From NCBI GenBank assembly GCA_045592305.1, contig JAZNUO010000108.1, positions 1 through 59,459 on the forward strand: DNA of 59,459 nt, written 5' to 3'. The notes under the pieces were generated by a model. It was not told the DNA's origin and searched no databases. It worked only from the letters and a program-made list of their open reading frames with translations. The DNA is from Eubacteriales bacterium. Lineage in GTDB: Bacteria; Bacillota; Clostridia; Oscillospirales; CAG-272. Both the position numbers and the translations under genes were made by a program. The stretch's first letter is position 1. Every line of letters starts with the position of its first letter. Of this stretch, positions 7,898 to 17,778 are shown in pieces.

Positions 7898-10800
7898 TTA
7901 CAGCACCTTCCTTCGCGAAATCATTATGACGACAAACGCGACAAGCATCAAGCCAACCACGACAGACATCATAATCACATACGAATAGTTGGGATTATTG
8001 TAGGTAAAGGATATCTCCTCAACGTAACCGTTTGCGCCTTCAATTCTCAGCGTGTGAGTTCCGTGCTTGTTTACGACCGTATCCTCACTGATGATCACTC
8101 CGTCAAGGTACATGGTAGCATCCAATTTCTCAATGGAAATTTTCTCATCCCTCTCTTCACCGTTTGCGACAGAAAGTGTGGGCGCAATGAAAATTTCAAT
8201 GGTTCGTTCATATCCGTTGGCGCCCTGTACCGTGATAACATTATTACCAATCGAGGTGATTTCCGTCATATTCTCGATCTTGGTCCCGTTCACAAAGAGC
8301 GTTGCATTCGGTATATCAATCAACGCGCTGTCCTGATACTTGTAATCAGCGTTTCCGCTATAGGTATGCTCAATCGTGAACTCAGCGCGCGAAACGTATC
8401 CGTTTGCTCCTCTGTATTCAACAGTATGATTGCCAACTTGATTGAACAATTCGCCATAGGTATATTTCATACCATCGACATACAGTTCGATTTCCGCATT
8501 GGCAAAATTGAAATTCTTCAGACTCTCGGCATATGCGGTCACGTCCACCGTGATGGTAAAAGAACAAATCTGCTCATAGTTGGGGCCGCTTACCTTAAGC
8601 GTATGGTGTCCGATTTCGGTGATCAAGGTTCCCGACACATACGGTTCGTCATCCAGATACCACTGGCCTATTGATGTGTTCGCCATTACGCTTCCGTTGT
8701 ATTCCTGACCGTCAGCAACGCCGGACAGCACAGCAACGACAGAAAATGAATATTCGTTCGAGTATCCGTTTGTTCCGAATACTGTCAGCGTGTAACTTCC
8801 TGGGGTCGTCAACTCATAGAGACCTGAAATTTCCAAATCATTCAAAACGGCAGAACAATCCGGGATATCGATGGTCATGGCTCTGTCATAAACATTCCCA
8901 TCGGTAATGTTCAGACTTTCCGTAACAGTGAAATCTATGGATGTCTGATATCCGTTCGCCCCCTCAATCACCATAGTATGATGGCCAATTTTTTGTGTGG
9001 ACGAATGGACATTGACCGAAGCTCCATCCAACGTTGCCGTACAATCTGCAGGAATGTCCCATGTTACAGAAGAGCTATACGAGCCACCTTCTTCTATACC
9101 CAAAACTTTTGGGGTCACGGTGAAGGTCATCGAATAGGTGTAATCCCCACTTCCCTTCATAGTCAGCGTGTGATTACCCACGGATTTAATTACATCTCCA
9201 GTCTTGTACGCCACACCATCGATATAGAATGTACCGTTGAGAGTTGTGACGGAAACCTGTTCGCCATAGATTCCATTGTGTTCCACACCATTCAGTTTTG
9301 GAATAACGGTTATCTCATAGGAATTGGTGTATCCATTCGAGCCAATTACTTGCAGCTCATGAATGCCGATTGCGTAGTATGCGGTATTGCTGGAATAGTT
9401 TTTACCGTCTATGAGAATGGAGAAGGTATCGGGATCAAATTCAAGCTTGAACGCTTCAGTGTACTGCACCGCAGAAATGGTCGAGCTGTCTTCCCGCAAG
9501 GTAAACTTAATCAGCTTTTCATACCCGTTTACGCCAATTATTCGCACCGTATGATGGCCAACCTTGGTATACAGAGCACCGTCAGTATACTCTTCGCCAT
9601 CAATAGTCAGCACCGCAGTAGGAGTCGCCTTAATAGAAACACCTCCGAAGACAACGGCATTATCCTCAATACCGTTAATGAGCGGATCAACTGTGATGGT
9701 GAACGCCTTCGTGTATCCACCGTGTCCATTAATAACAAGCTTATTGTTTCCCACGGTTTTGATCTCGGTGCCTTGAACGTACGGGCTACCGTTCAGCGTT
9801 ATAGTCATCTCTGAACCAAGAATTGTTGGTTGGAAGGATTGCGAATAACTATCTCGCAAGTTTTCAATGACCGGCTCAAGTGTAAACGAGATTGCGTGGA
9901 CATATCCGTTGGTTCCGTGAATAGTCAAGGTGTGGTTGCCAACGGCTGTAATAGGCACATTCAAGTCAATCTCCACACCGTTCAGTTTAACTGTTCCACC
10001 GTTGACAATAGGCGAAACACTGCCTTGATAGATCTGATCCTGGCTCAATCCGTTGACAACAGGTTCAACGGTGAATACATATTCCTTCGTGTACCCCCCA
10101 ACACCGATAATTCTCAATCTATGAACACCCACTTGACTCTCCAAAATGGGAGTGCCGGATGTAAATGTTTTTCCATCCAAAGTGGCTGTAGCATGGTTGA
10201 ACACAGGAATCACGTTGGTCACATATTGGCCGCCGTTTTCTACACCTTGAATATTTGCGTCAATTGTGAAAGTTATTTCGTGCGTATAGCCACCAACACC
10301 CTCAATTTTCAAGACATGATGGCCTACATTTGCCACCGAGGTTCCGGACACAAATGCCTCACCATTCAGATAGATGGTTTCCGCATTAATGACAGGAGCA
10401 ATAGACGAGTTGTAAATACCTTCATTGGTAACGTTCTTCAGATCCGGTCCAATGGTAAAGTGGTACTCATTGGTATACCCATTTGTGCCCTTGACTACGA
10501 GGGTATAGTTGCCAACAAGATAAACTCTCGTATGGTCGTCCACTTCCTGTCCGTTCAGAGCTACGGAAACCACATGATTGCAATCCAGTTGAAGGCTCGT
10601 ATACTCTTTTCCGTCCACAAGACCGGGAATTTTTTCGGTCAGGATAAAGGTATACTCCTTCTCGTACCCATTCTCACCCACGATGCGCAGATAATGCAAC
10701 CCGACCGTGTAATAATCGGTCCCACTTTCGTAAGCAATGTCATCAATAAACAAATCCGCATGAGGGATCGAAATATTGATCATATACTCGGTAGTAAATC

Positions 10801-13800
10801 CATCATCGAAGTTCTGATAGCCTGTGGTATCTTTTATGACAGGATCTTCGGCAACGGTAAAGCCAAAGGATTCCTCATAGCCATTCGTTCCCTCAATTTT
10901 GATGGTGTGATGCCCAAGAGAAACAATGCGTTCTCCATTGTACCGTTCACCGTTCAGATAAAGCGTGGCGTTTTCAATCAAACGAACCGCAATTTCTTTG
11001 CTGAACACTTTGTCTCTGTACTCTTCAACACCAGTAGGCGTAACGGTAAAGTCATAGCGCAAAATGTACCCGTTAACACCAACCATTTCGAGGGTGTGAT
11101 ATCCAACTGCACAGATTGGTGTTCCGCTCACATAGACCGCTCCGTCCAAAAGTGCTTCACAACGATCGAACTTCGGAGTCACAACTCCGACGTAGATTCC
11201 ATCATCTACAATGTCTGAAACATCGGGAATCACCGTGAATTTGAAGTCTTTCTCGTAACCGCCAACGCCCATGACCGTTAGTGTATGATAGCCTACCGTG
11301 TCAATGGTGGACTGGAAAACATAGGGCTGACCATCCAGCAGGACATAGGTGTTTTCGTCCTGATACGTGTTGGTATTATCAAGATAGATGTCAGGAACAA
11401 ACTTGGTTCCGCTTCCGTTGGATTTCAAATTCAACTTGAATTTGGCGCAATCGTCACCGCGGGAGGTAGACCCATCTTTTCGGTACGATATCGTCATCAC
11501 CTCGCCGGCGTTCAACGAAATTTCGCGTTCTGCCCACCCGGGGCTTCCCGACACATTAACGATTTCATTTCCGCCTTTCACGACAATGAGTTTATCGTAA
11601 TTTGCCTCAGACGAGACAAAATAATTCAAAGTGAGTTCAATATCAGTTTTTGCTGTTATAGTAAATACTGATGTAGAATTATTCGACTTATTCGTTGAAG
11701 TATAGACATCACCGCTCAAGGTAAATGGATAGGAACTGTCGTTCTTGATCGAAATATTTGAAGCATCAAGGAGCTTCTCAACAACGGGATCAATCACGAA
11801 TTCAATGGTTTCCACATAACCGTTTGCGCCATGAATTTCAAACTTATGATTCCCAACAACATAGCAATACGTATCGTTTGAAAACTCCCGACCGTCAAGG
11901 AAAATGCCTTCGTAATAGTCTTCAGACAAAACGCTGCTGCTGGTGCTGCTACTTCTCAGTCTCAGATAAACCCCATTTTTTGAAGTATAACTTGAACCAT
12001 TAGAAACACCGCTCCAATTTGCCTTGATGGTAAAATTCTTTTCTACCGTGTAGCCGTTCGCTCCTTCAATCGTCAGGGTGTGATAACCAATCGAATAGAC
12101 GGTTTTCGAACCGGTCAGAACCTCACCGTCAAGCTTTACCACGGTGCTGCTGAAATTGGAAAGATAATCCACGCTGACAGACTTCGAGTAGTTTACTTGC
12201 TCGCCATCAGTTATGCTCGTATTTTCCTTTCTCGTAAAAGATACGGTTTTGCTATAACCGTTTACGCCAATGATCTCAATCTCATGATTGCCAATATCAT
12301 AGATATATGATCCGGACGAGTAGGGATTGCCATTCAACTTCAAGGTTGCGTAATCACAGTAAAAACGAATATAGCTCGTGGTTTCCGTACCGTCATCCGC
12401 TCCTGAGAAGGAAGGGTTCACCGTGAATTCATAGGAATAAACATACCCATTTGTTCCGATAATCTCAACCTTATGGTATCCAACGTCATATACCCACGCG
12501 CCGGATGACCAGTTCGCTCCATTCAGCTTGATGGTTGCGTAGCTGCAGGAAATTCGGGTCTGTCCTGGTAAATACTCCTTCCCCGCTTCCGCGCCGGTGA
12601 TAGAAGGCAGAATGGTAAACTGATATTCGGAAACATATCCATTCACGCCCATAACCGTCAGGGTATGATAGCCAACGTCGTATATGGTGCTCCCGCTGGA
12701 GTAATCTTTTCCGTCCAGCATAAGCGAAGCGTTGGAAACAGATGGCTTTATACTTCCTGTGTACTCTTTACCGTTTTCAAGATTGCTGATCCTTTCTGTA
12801 ACGGTGAAGGTCAGTTCGTTTTCATATCCGTTCACACCCACGATTTTCATTGTGTGGTTGCCAACCTGATAAACAGTTGTTCCGCTTGAAAAGGCGTTGC
12901 CGTCGAGATAGAGGGTCCCGTTGCTTGTCTTAGGTACCACCGAATACTCATAGCGTCCGTTTGCCTCGATGTTCTCCCATATCTCTTTGACCGTAAAGGT
13001 GATCTCATAGTTGAACCCATTGAGATTGGCAACCGTAAGCGTGTGGTAGCCAACCTCTGTGATTGGGGATCCACTCACATACGCCTTGCCGTCCAAAAGA
13101 AGATTATTCCATTCAATTACAGGGGTTACAGAGCCTTCATATACCTGCCCGTTTTCAACTCCGCTTATGGAGGGAAAAATGTAGAATGTTACATCTGTTC
13201 TCTCCCCACCGTAAATGAACGAGAGCGTATTCTTTCCTATCGTGGTAATAGGGGCTCCCACCGTATATGCTTCACCATTGATCTCCATGTCGCAAACATT
13301 GTGAGTGATCGACATGGATTGCATATAGACGCCGTTTGCCTTGATTTCAAACTCGTCCGAAAGAACGACGAAATTGAGGGTTTGCTTATATCCCCCAATA
13401 CCGGTAACAACAAGCCTGTACACACCTTCTTCCGTAATTGCCGTTCCGGAAACATACTCTTTACCGTTCAAGGTCAACTCCCCTCCTCTTATGAGAGGCG
13501 TGACAGAACCGTAATAGACGGTCGCGTTGTGGATCCCTTGTATTTCGGGAACAATGTCAAAAGAGATCACTTCCTCATGACCGTTTTCTCCTTTGATCTT
13601 CAGCGTGTAGGTTCCCACATCGGAAAGAATCGTCCCGGAAGTAAATGCTTGACCGTTCAGCTCGATTATCCCACCAATAGCATTTACTGCCGTTCCGGAG
13701 GCGTACTTCCCGCCATTCTCCACATTGACTGTCGCGCAAATTGAGAAGCGGACCGTTTTTGTATAACCATTTTCTCCATCGACAGTCAAAACATAATCCC

Positions 13801-16738
13801 CAACTTTGGAGAGTGTGATTTCACCGGACACGTTCTCCCCATTGAGTGTCAGGGAGCAATTTTGGAAATCAATGACACACTCCGTGAGTCTTCCGTCAAA
13901 AATGGAATAATCGGGTTCAATAACAAAGTTATAGGTAAAGGTACTGTCTCCGTCCGTAAGCACGAGCTGATAATTGCCAACCTTCTCGATTACGGTATCC
14001 GGAAGAACCTCAACTCCGTTCAGGGTCGCGGTGCCCACAAATTTTAGAATTACCAAATCGTTGTAATGCGCTCCGTTCTCGATATTTGCACCTGTAACAA
14101 GCGTAAAAGTAATGGTTTCATAATAACCGTTTTCTCCGATGATCGTCAACGTGTATTCTCCCGACGTATTGATCACCGTGCCACTCGTATAGGGATTATT
14201 ATTCAGAACAAGAGTGCCGTTTGACACAGCGGGAATAATAGATTGATTGTAAGAACCTCCCTGAACAACGTTTACTTCATGAGGTCTGACCACAAAATGA
14301 ATATCCTCTCTGAACCCATCTGCGCCAAGGACCGTGATCGCGTAATAGCCGGGAATATCGATCGTTGTTCCACTAACAAAAGGCTGACCGTTCAGGGTTA
14401 TGATCCCACCAGAAATAACAGGAGTTACCTCACCAATGTAGGTTTTCCCTTGTTCTACATTCTCCACGCTCAGATTAACGGTAAACTGATACGTGACCGA
14501 ATAACCGTTTTCGCCGGTGATGACAAGGGCGTTGCGGCCAGGGGTGGTAATCAAGGTACCGCTCTCGTAGGCTTCGCCGTTTAAGGTTGCCGAACCCTTG
14601 GTGAAGGTAGGGGTCACTTCTTTCTCATAGATCCCGCCGTCGACAAGGTCTGAGACAACCGTTTCCACAACAAAATTCACGGTCTTTTGGTAACCGTTTG
14701 TTCCCGTAATCACAAGTGCATAGTTGCCGCAATTCTCGATTGGCTCGTTATGGTATGCGACGCCATTCAAGGTCATATTTTCGCCGTTTACAGCGGGGTA
14801 GAGGGTTTCATAGTATGTCCGGCCATCCTCAAGACCAACAATCGTAGTTTCAATCGTAAAGTTTATTGTTTCCTTAAAGCCATTTGCGCCTTTGATGATC
14901 AAAATATGATTGCCCTTGGTTGTGATGGGGGTCTCGCTCGTATAAGGATCACCGTCAAGCGTAATCTCCCCTCCGGAAACAGTTGGAACTACGGGCGTAT
15001 AATAAATGGTATCATTATCAACACCGTCAACTGTCAGCTCAATGGTGAAATTGATGGTCTTGGTATATCCGTTTTCTCCCGTGATAACCATTTTGCTGGC
15101 ACCGGGAATATTATACACGTCTCCGTAAGTGTAGTCCACTCCATTGATCTTTACAATTCCGCCTTCCACGTCGACTGCTTTGCTCCCGCTATAGGTTGCG
15201 CCATCTTCAAAAGTAGTGACGGGTTCAACAACTATGTTGCGGCCAATGTAATAAGTTTTGATGCCTTCATCGTCAACGGCAGTAAAGGTATAGTACGCCT
15301 GATAATTACCAGCTTGTGTTTTGTCAACCTGAGAATAATCGCACGTGAATGTTCCCAGAGATTTACCCGATGTATCATAGATTCCGACACCGTTGTAATA
15401 ATCAATCTCTTCATTTAGGTCGCAATGTAAGTCAAATGTATTTGCAAACAGCTTGATGCTGCTGATCTTTACTAATCCGCAGTAATAGTATGACGAATAA
15501 TACTGGCCGCAATAATACACGTTTCCATCATCGTCCAAATACAAATCCCTTGCAGTAAACGTCTCTTGTGTTTTTGTTTCTCCTACATATTCCAAATCAT
15601 CATTTAAGAAAACGATCGCTCGACCGTATTTTGCGACAACGTTTGTGCCGTTAACATAGATCTGCTGAATGGTACTTTCTCTATATGTAAAAGACTTTAC
15701 GATATTAAAATTACCGTCCATTTTATATATGGTTTTGCCATTGCAAAAATAGATGTGTTCGCCTTGACTCTCTTCAATGCAAGTGCTTAAAGTAAGACCG
15801 CTTTCGAAGGAAGATGTTTCCAGCGTTTCCATATCCATTCTATAAAATGTGCCAGTACTCTGTAGGGAAAATATACATCCATCTAAAACAAGCGGATTAT
15901 TGACAGGAAAACTTGTGGTTACTTGATCAGTAGACAGTTGTCTTGTGTCCGGATGATAATCCAAAACGAAAAAATTGCTCTCTCCGGACGCAAATAACGC
16001 ATATTGATTCTCATTTATTTTTTGAGTTTTAGTATATGGAGTAGTCCCCAGTGAACTATATGCAATCTTATCGCCATTGGTCCCGTCAATAATTGTAGCA
16101 TAATAGTAACCATAATAGCTGTCATAAGATAAAACTAAAAAATTACCGTCTGACAATTCCATGGCATCATACAAAGTGCTTGTCCCATAATAATAATAAA
16201 CATATTGAGAGTTTTCCCACTGCACTTCCATGTTAGAAGAATACTTGCAGAAAAACAATCGATAGTAAGACCCATTATACAACTGTCCTGCCAGTAAGAA
16301 TCCTCCATCTCTTGTGGGAACAATTCTCTCGTATCTATTACTTGAAGAACTGTAGCTGGAATACCGTTTTGTATATCTGTTCTCTTCGAGTATGTTCTCA
16401 AAAACAATGACTGTTCTGCTTGCTGTCGCCGTTTGATCCGCTCCGTTGGAAACACGATAAGACACCGTGTACGTACCCACCGCGTCTTTGTTCACCGTAT
16501 TATCAATAACGATTCGATCAGAGAGGTCCCCTTCAACCGAGTCATGTGCTATTGCACCGAATTCCTTGTATTCAGTCCCTTTCTGCAGATATATTGTCGT
16601 GTCGCCAATCAACGACAATGAAAGAGTGGATTCGTCTTCGGCAGCAGCTACCGAAACCCAGCCAATACCAATCACCATCAAGAAAGTGATAAAAAGTATT
16701 GAAGACACCAGAGTTTGTTTTTTGATTTGACGTTTCAT
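7898..16738 (-). CDS. Giant cell-surface repeat protein (about 2,946 aa): signal peptide, DUF5011-type Ig domain, Tyr-rich beta-propeller-like region, about 35 tandem ~70-aa repeats, C-terminal TM anchor
   Basis: Signal peptide MKRQIKKQTLVSSILFITFLMVIGIGWVSVAAAE. Ig domain TEYKEFGAIAHDSVEGDLSDRIVIDNTVNKDAVGTYTVSYRVSNGADQTATASRTVIV. The repeat consensus is roughly G-x-x-Y-x-x-x-V-T-P-x(5)-A-T-L-N-G-x-x-Y-x-S-G-T-x-I-x-x-x-G-x-H-T-L-x-I-x-G-x-N-G-Y-x-x-x-x-x-F-T-V. The C-terminal anchor is YVIMMSVVVGLMLVAFVVIMISRRKVL. I prefer the ATG at 16738 over the TTG at 16762. Confidence 0.85.
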   Translation of the reverse strand: MKRQIKKQTLVSSILFITFLMVIGIGWVSVAAAEDESTLSLSLIGDTTIYLQKGTEYKEFGAIAHDSVEGDLSDRIVIDNTVNKDAVGTYTVSYRVSNGADQTATASRTVIVFENILEENRYTKRYSSYSSSSNRYERIVPTRDGGFLLAGQLYNGSYYRLFFCKYSSNMEVQWENSQYVYYYYGTSTLYDAMELSDGNFLVLSYDSYYGYYYATIIDGTNGDKIAYSSLGTTPYTKTQKINENQYALFASGESNFFVLDYHPDTRQLSTDQVTTSFPVNNPLVLDGCIFSLQSTGTFYRMDMETLETSSFESGLTLSTCIEESQGEHIYFCNGKTIYKMDGNFNIVKSFTYRESTIQQIYVNGTNVVAKYGRAIVFLNDDLEYVGETKTQETFTARDLYLDDDGNVYYCGQYYSSYYYCGLVKISSIKLFANTFDLHCDLNEEIDYYNGVGIYDTSGKSLGTFTCDYSQVDKTQAGNYQAYYTFTAVDDEGIKTYYIGRNIVVEPVTTFEDGATYSGSKAVDVEGGIVKINGVDYTYGDVYNIPGASKMVITGENGYTKTINFTIELTVDGVDNDTIYYTPVVPTVSGGEITLDGDPYTSETPITTKGNHILIIKGANGFKETINFTIETTIVGLEDGRTYYETLYPAVNGENMTLNGVAYHNEPIENCGNYALVITGTNGYQKTVNFVVETVVSDLVDGGIYEKEVTPTFTKGSATLNGEAYESGTLITTPGRNALVITGENGYSVTYQFTVNLSVENVEQGKTYIGEVTPVISGGIITLNGQPFVSGTTIDIPGYYAITVLGADGFREDIHFVVRPHEVNVVQGGSYNQSIIPAVSNGTLVLNNNPYTSGTVINTSGEYTLTIIGENGYYETITFTLVTGANIENGAHYNDLVILKFVGTATLNGVEVLPDTVIEKVGNYQLVLTDGDSTFTYNFVIEPDYSIFDGRLTECVIDFQNCSLTLNGENVSGEITLSKVGDYVLTVDGENGYTKTVRFSICATVNVENGGKYASGTAVNAIGGIIELNGQAFTSGTILSDVGTYTLKIKGENGHEEVISFDIVPEIQGIHNATVYYGSVTPLIRGGELTLNGKEYVSGTAITEEGVYRLVVTGIGGYKQTLNFVVLSDEFEIKANGVYMQSMSITHNVCDMEINGEAYTVGAPITTIGKNTLSFIYGGERTDVTFYIFPSISGVENGQVYEGSVTPVIEWNNLLLDGKAYVSGSPITEVGYHTLTVANLNGFNYEITFTVKEIWENIEANGRYEYSVVPKTSNGTLYLDGNAFSSGTTVYQVGNHTMKIVGVNGYENELTFTVTERISNLENGKEYTGSIKPSVSNASLMLDGKDYSSGSTIYDVGYHTLTVMGVNGYVSEYQFTILPSITGAEAGKEYLPGQTRISCSYATIKLNGANWSSGAWVYDVGYHKVEIIGTNGYVYSYEFTVNPSFSGADDGTETTSYIRFYCDYATLKLNGNPYSSGSYIYDIGNHEIEIIGVNGYSKTVSFTRKENTSITDGEQVNYSKSVSVDYLSNFSSTVVKLDGEVLTGSKTVYSIGYHTLTIEGANGYTVEKNFTIKANWSGVSNGSSYTSKNGVYLRLRSSSTSSSVLSEDYYEGIFLDGREFSNDTYCYVVGNHKFEIHGANGYVETIEFVIDPVVEKLLDASNISIKNDSSYPFTLSGDVYTSTNKSNNSTSVFTITAKTDIELTLNYFVSSEANYDKLIVVKGGNEIVNVSGSPGWAEREISLNAGEVMTISYRKDGSTSRGDDCAKFKLNLKSNGSGTKFVPDIYLDNTNTYQDENTYVLLDGQPYVFQSTIDTVGYHTLTVMGVGGYEKDFKFTVIPDVSDIVDDGIYVGVVTPKFDRCEALLDGAVYVSGTPICAVGYHTLEMVGVNGYILRYDFTVTPTGVEEYRDKVFSKEIAVRLIENATLYLNGERYNGERIVSLGHHTIKIEGTNGYEESFGFTVAEDPVIKDTTGYQNFDDGFTTEYMINISIPHADLFIDDIAYESGTDYYTVGLHYLRIVGENGYEKEYTFILTEKIPGLVDGKEYTSLQLDCNHVVSVALNGQEVDDHTRVYLVGNYTLVVKGTNGYTNEYHFTIGPDLKNVTNEGIYNSSIAPVINAETIYLNGEAFVSGTSVANVGHHVLKIEGVGGYTHEITFTIDANIQGVENGGQYVTNVIPVFNHATATLDGKTFTSGTPILESQVGVHRLRIIGVGGYTKEYVFTVEPVVNGLSQDQIYQGSVSPIVNGGTVKLNGVEIDLNVPITAVGNHTLTIHGTNGYVHAISFTLEPVIENLRDSYSQSFQPTILGSEMTITLNGSPYVQGTEIKTVGNNKLVINGHGGYTKAFTITVDPLINGIEDNAVVFGGVSIKATPTAVLTIDGEEYTDGALYTKVGHHTVRIIGVNGYEKLIKFTLREDSSTISAVQYTEAFKLEFDPDTFSILIDGKNYSSNTAYYAIGIHELQVIGSNGYTNSYEITVIPKLNGVEHNGIYGEQVSVTTLNGTFYIDGVAYKTGDVIKSVGNHTLTMKGSGDYTYSMTFTVTPKVLGIEEGGSYSSSVTWDIPADCTATLDGASVNVHSSTQKIGHHTMVIEGANGYQTSIDFTVTESLNITDGNVYDRAMTIDIPDCSAVLNDLEISGLYELTTPGSYTLTVFGTNGYSNEYSFSVVAVLSGVADGQEYNGSVMANTSIGQWYLDDEPYVSGTLITEIGHHTLKVSGPNYEQICSFTITVDVTAYAESLKNFNFANAEIELYVDGMKYTYGELFNQVGNHTVEYRGANGYVSRAEFTIEHTYSGNADYKYQDSALIDIPNATLFVNGTKIENMTEITSIGNNVITVQGANGYERTIEIFIAPTLSVANGEERDEKISIEKLDATMYLDGVIISEDTVVNKHGTHTLRIEGANGYVEEISFTYNNPNYSYVIMMSVVVGLMLVAFVVIMISRRKVL
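8005..15250 (-). repeat. Coding tandem-repeat array (about 210-nt period, diverged copies) inside the giant surface gene
   Basis: A recurring ...NGY..x..F(T/V)(V/I) block terminus was counted about 36 times in the translation. DNA copies are diverged, with no long identical stretches seen. The array is interrupted at about 11390-11780 by a non-repeat domain. Confidence 0.75.
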
Positions 16739-16758
16739 GTCTGACCCTCGTTTCTTAA

Positions 16759-17481
16759 TCAAAGCTTCTTTCGAATCTGAGAAATGATCTCTTCTACCGA
16801 CAGCCCGCTATTATTCGCCAACAAAATGGAGATTGAGCCGCTGATTTCATCAATGGCTTTTTGCTCCTGATCAGTTGTGTATTTGGTAGGATTGGGTTTT
16901 TTATCAACTGCGGTTTCAAGTTTCAGATAATCCTCTTCTGAGTATGAAAAATCTTTTGCCTGTACCTTTTGATCAAAAATGAAAAGACTGATGGCCATCA
17001 TTTTTTCCGCCTCGTTCAGGTCGGTCAAGTGGACCTTATCTTTCCACAGCAGAAAATACTTGAAGATGCAGTGTAGAAGGCCGCTATCTTTCATCAACAG
17101 CTTCGCCAGTGTGTCATACTCGTCTTTTGTAAAGCGTTCCAAAATCAAATCCTCTCCGAGCACGTCCAATACCGCTTGTGCTCGATTGGCTCCATTCGTT
17201 TCGCCGGAAGACATCTGCGGCGCACTTTGAGAGTAGGATGACATGTCAGTTTTTTTGCCGTAGTTCTCAATCACATAGGCGTATCGTCTTTCGAAGTCCT
17301 CCTTCGTCATCTGCGCATCACCGAATAAGAAATCAAAAATCTTTTGAAACAAATTGTTTGAAAGTCTTACTCCGCTATCATAGTTTCGAATATAGGTATC
17401 AAGAGTAGGACGTGAAATATTCAGGCTGTCCGCAAATTCGGTCAATAAAATATTGTTTCTTTTCAATACCGCTTTGATCAT
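16759..17481 (-). CDS. HTH-domain transcriptional regulator (first gene of the island operon)
   Basis: N-terminus MIKAVLKRNNILLTEFADSLNISRPTLDTYIRNYDSG looks like an HTH. SD GAGGA lies 5 nt upstream of the ATG at 17481. The longer ORF-track start at 17667 would swallow the consensus promoter at 17566-17594. The stop overlaps the start region of the giant gene. Confidence 0.6.
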   Translation of the reverse strand: MIKAVLKRNNILLTEFADSLNISRPTLDTYIRNYDSGVRLSNNLFQKIFDFLFGDAQMTKEDFERRYAYVIENYGKKTDMSSYSQSAPQMSSGETNGANRAQAVLDVLGEDLILERFTKDEYDTLAKLLMKDSGLLHCIFKYFLLWKDKVHLTDLNEAEKMMAISLFIFDQKVQAKDFSYSEEDYLKLETAVDKKPNPTKYTTDQEQKAIDEISGSISILLANNSGLSVEEIISQIRKKL

Positions 17482-17565
17482 GTTTTCCTCGCATTCAAAC
17501 CGTTTTAGATGGTTTTTTGTAATATAATCTAAAATTGTAATATTTTTTACATTTTTTACACCATC

Positions 17566-17594
17566 ATTATATCGCAATATATACGGTTTGTCAA
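17566..17594 (-). promoter_or_regulatory. Perfect-consensus sigma-A promoter driving the island operon
   Basis: The minus strand reads TTGACA (17594-17589), a 17-nt spacer, then TATAAT (17571-17566). Confidence 0.65.
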
Positions 17595-17778
17595 GGGGTT
17601 TTGGAAGGTTCTTTGCTTTTTTTGTGTTATACATTGCCCCTGCTCTATCACATCTCCCCCCGCTCACATTATTTGTCCTGCGTTCTCCTCAATTGTCTTT
17701 TCACAGCATCATTCCGTTATTTCCTTTGCATTCGGCACCTCCCCTCTCCGTTCACAAAACATTTACAATTTTCTCCTC

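Larger units (their letters stand above)
1340..17600. other. AT-rich genomic island (compositionally foreign block carrying one long minus-strand operon)
   Basis: Hand-counted 60-nt samples give about 38% GC at 3001, about 45% at 10021 and about 62% at 22021. The fic gene is also clearly GC-rich. Boundaries are approximate. Confidence 0.6.

Noticed and set aside
8005-15250. Periodic repeats checked as a possible CRISPR array (also 26777-26953 and 38049-38114)
   Set aside because: The periods are about 210 nt, 6 nt and 15 nt. All repeats are in frame within ORFs. Copies in the 7-kb array are diverged rather than identical, with no unique spacers between conserved repeats, and there are no cas genes.
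7793-15418. Series of long plus-strand ORFs antisense to the giant surface gene (7793..8674, 8978..9814, 9830..11218 at 462 aa, 13043..13744, 14687..15418 and others)
   Set aside because: They have no SD and their products are Ile/Asn/Arg/Val-rich nonsense. They tile exactly over the minus-strand gene, whose translation has a signal peptide, recognisable domains and a regular repeat. The stop-poor antisense frames are a by-product of the repeat's codon composition.
7898-16738. Diversity-generating retroelement targeting the giant repeat protein
   Set aside because: No reverse transcriptase ORF appears anywhere in the window. I found no near-identical template/variable repeat pair differing at adenines, and no C-type-lectin-like C-terminus.
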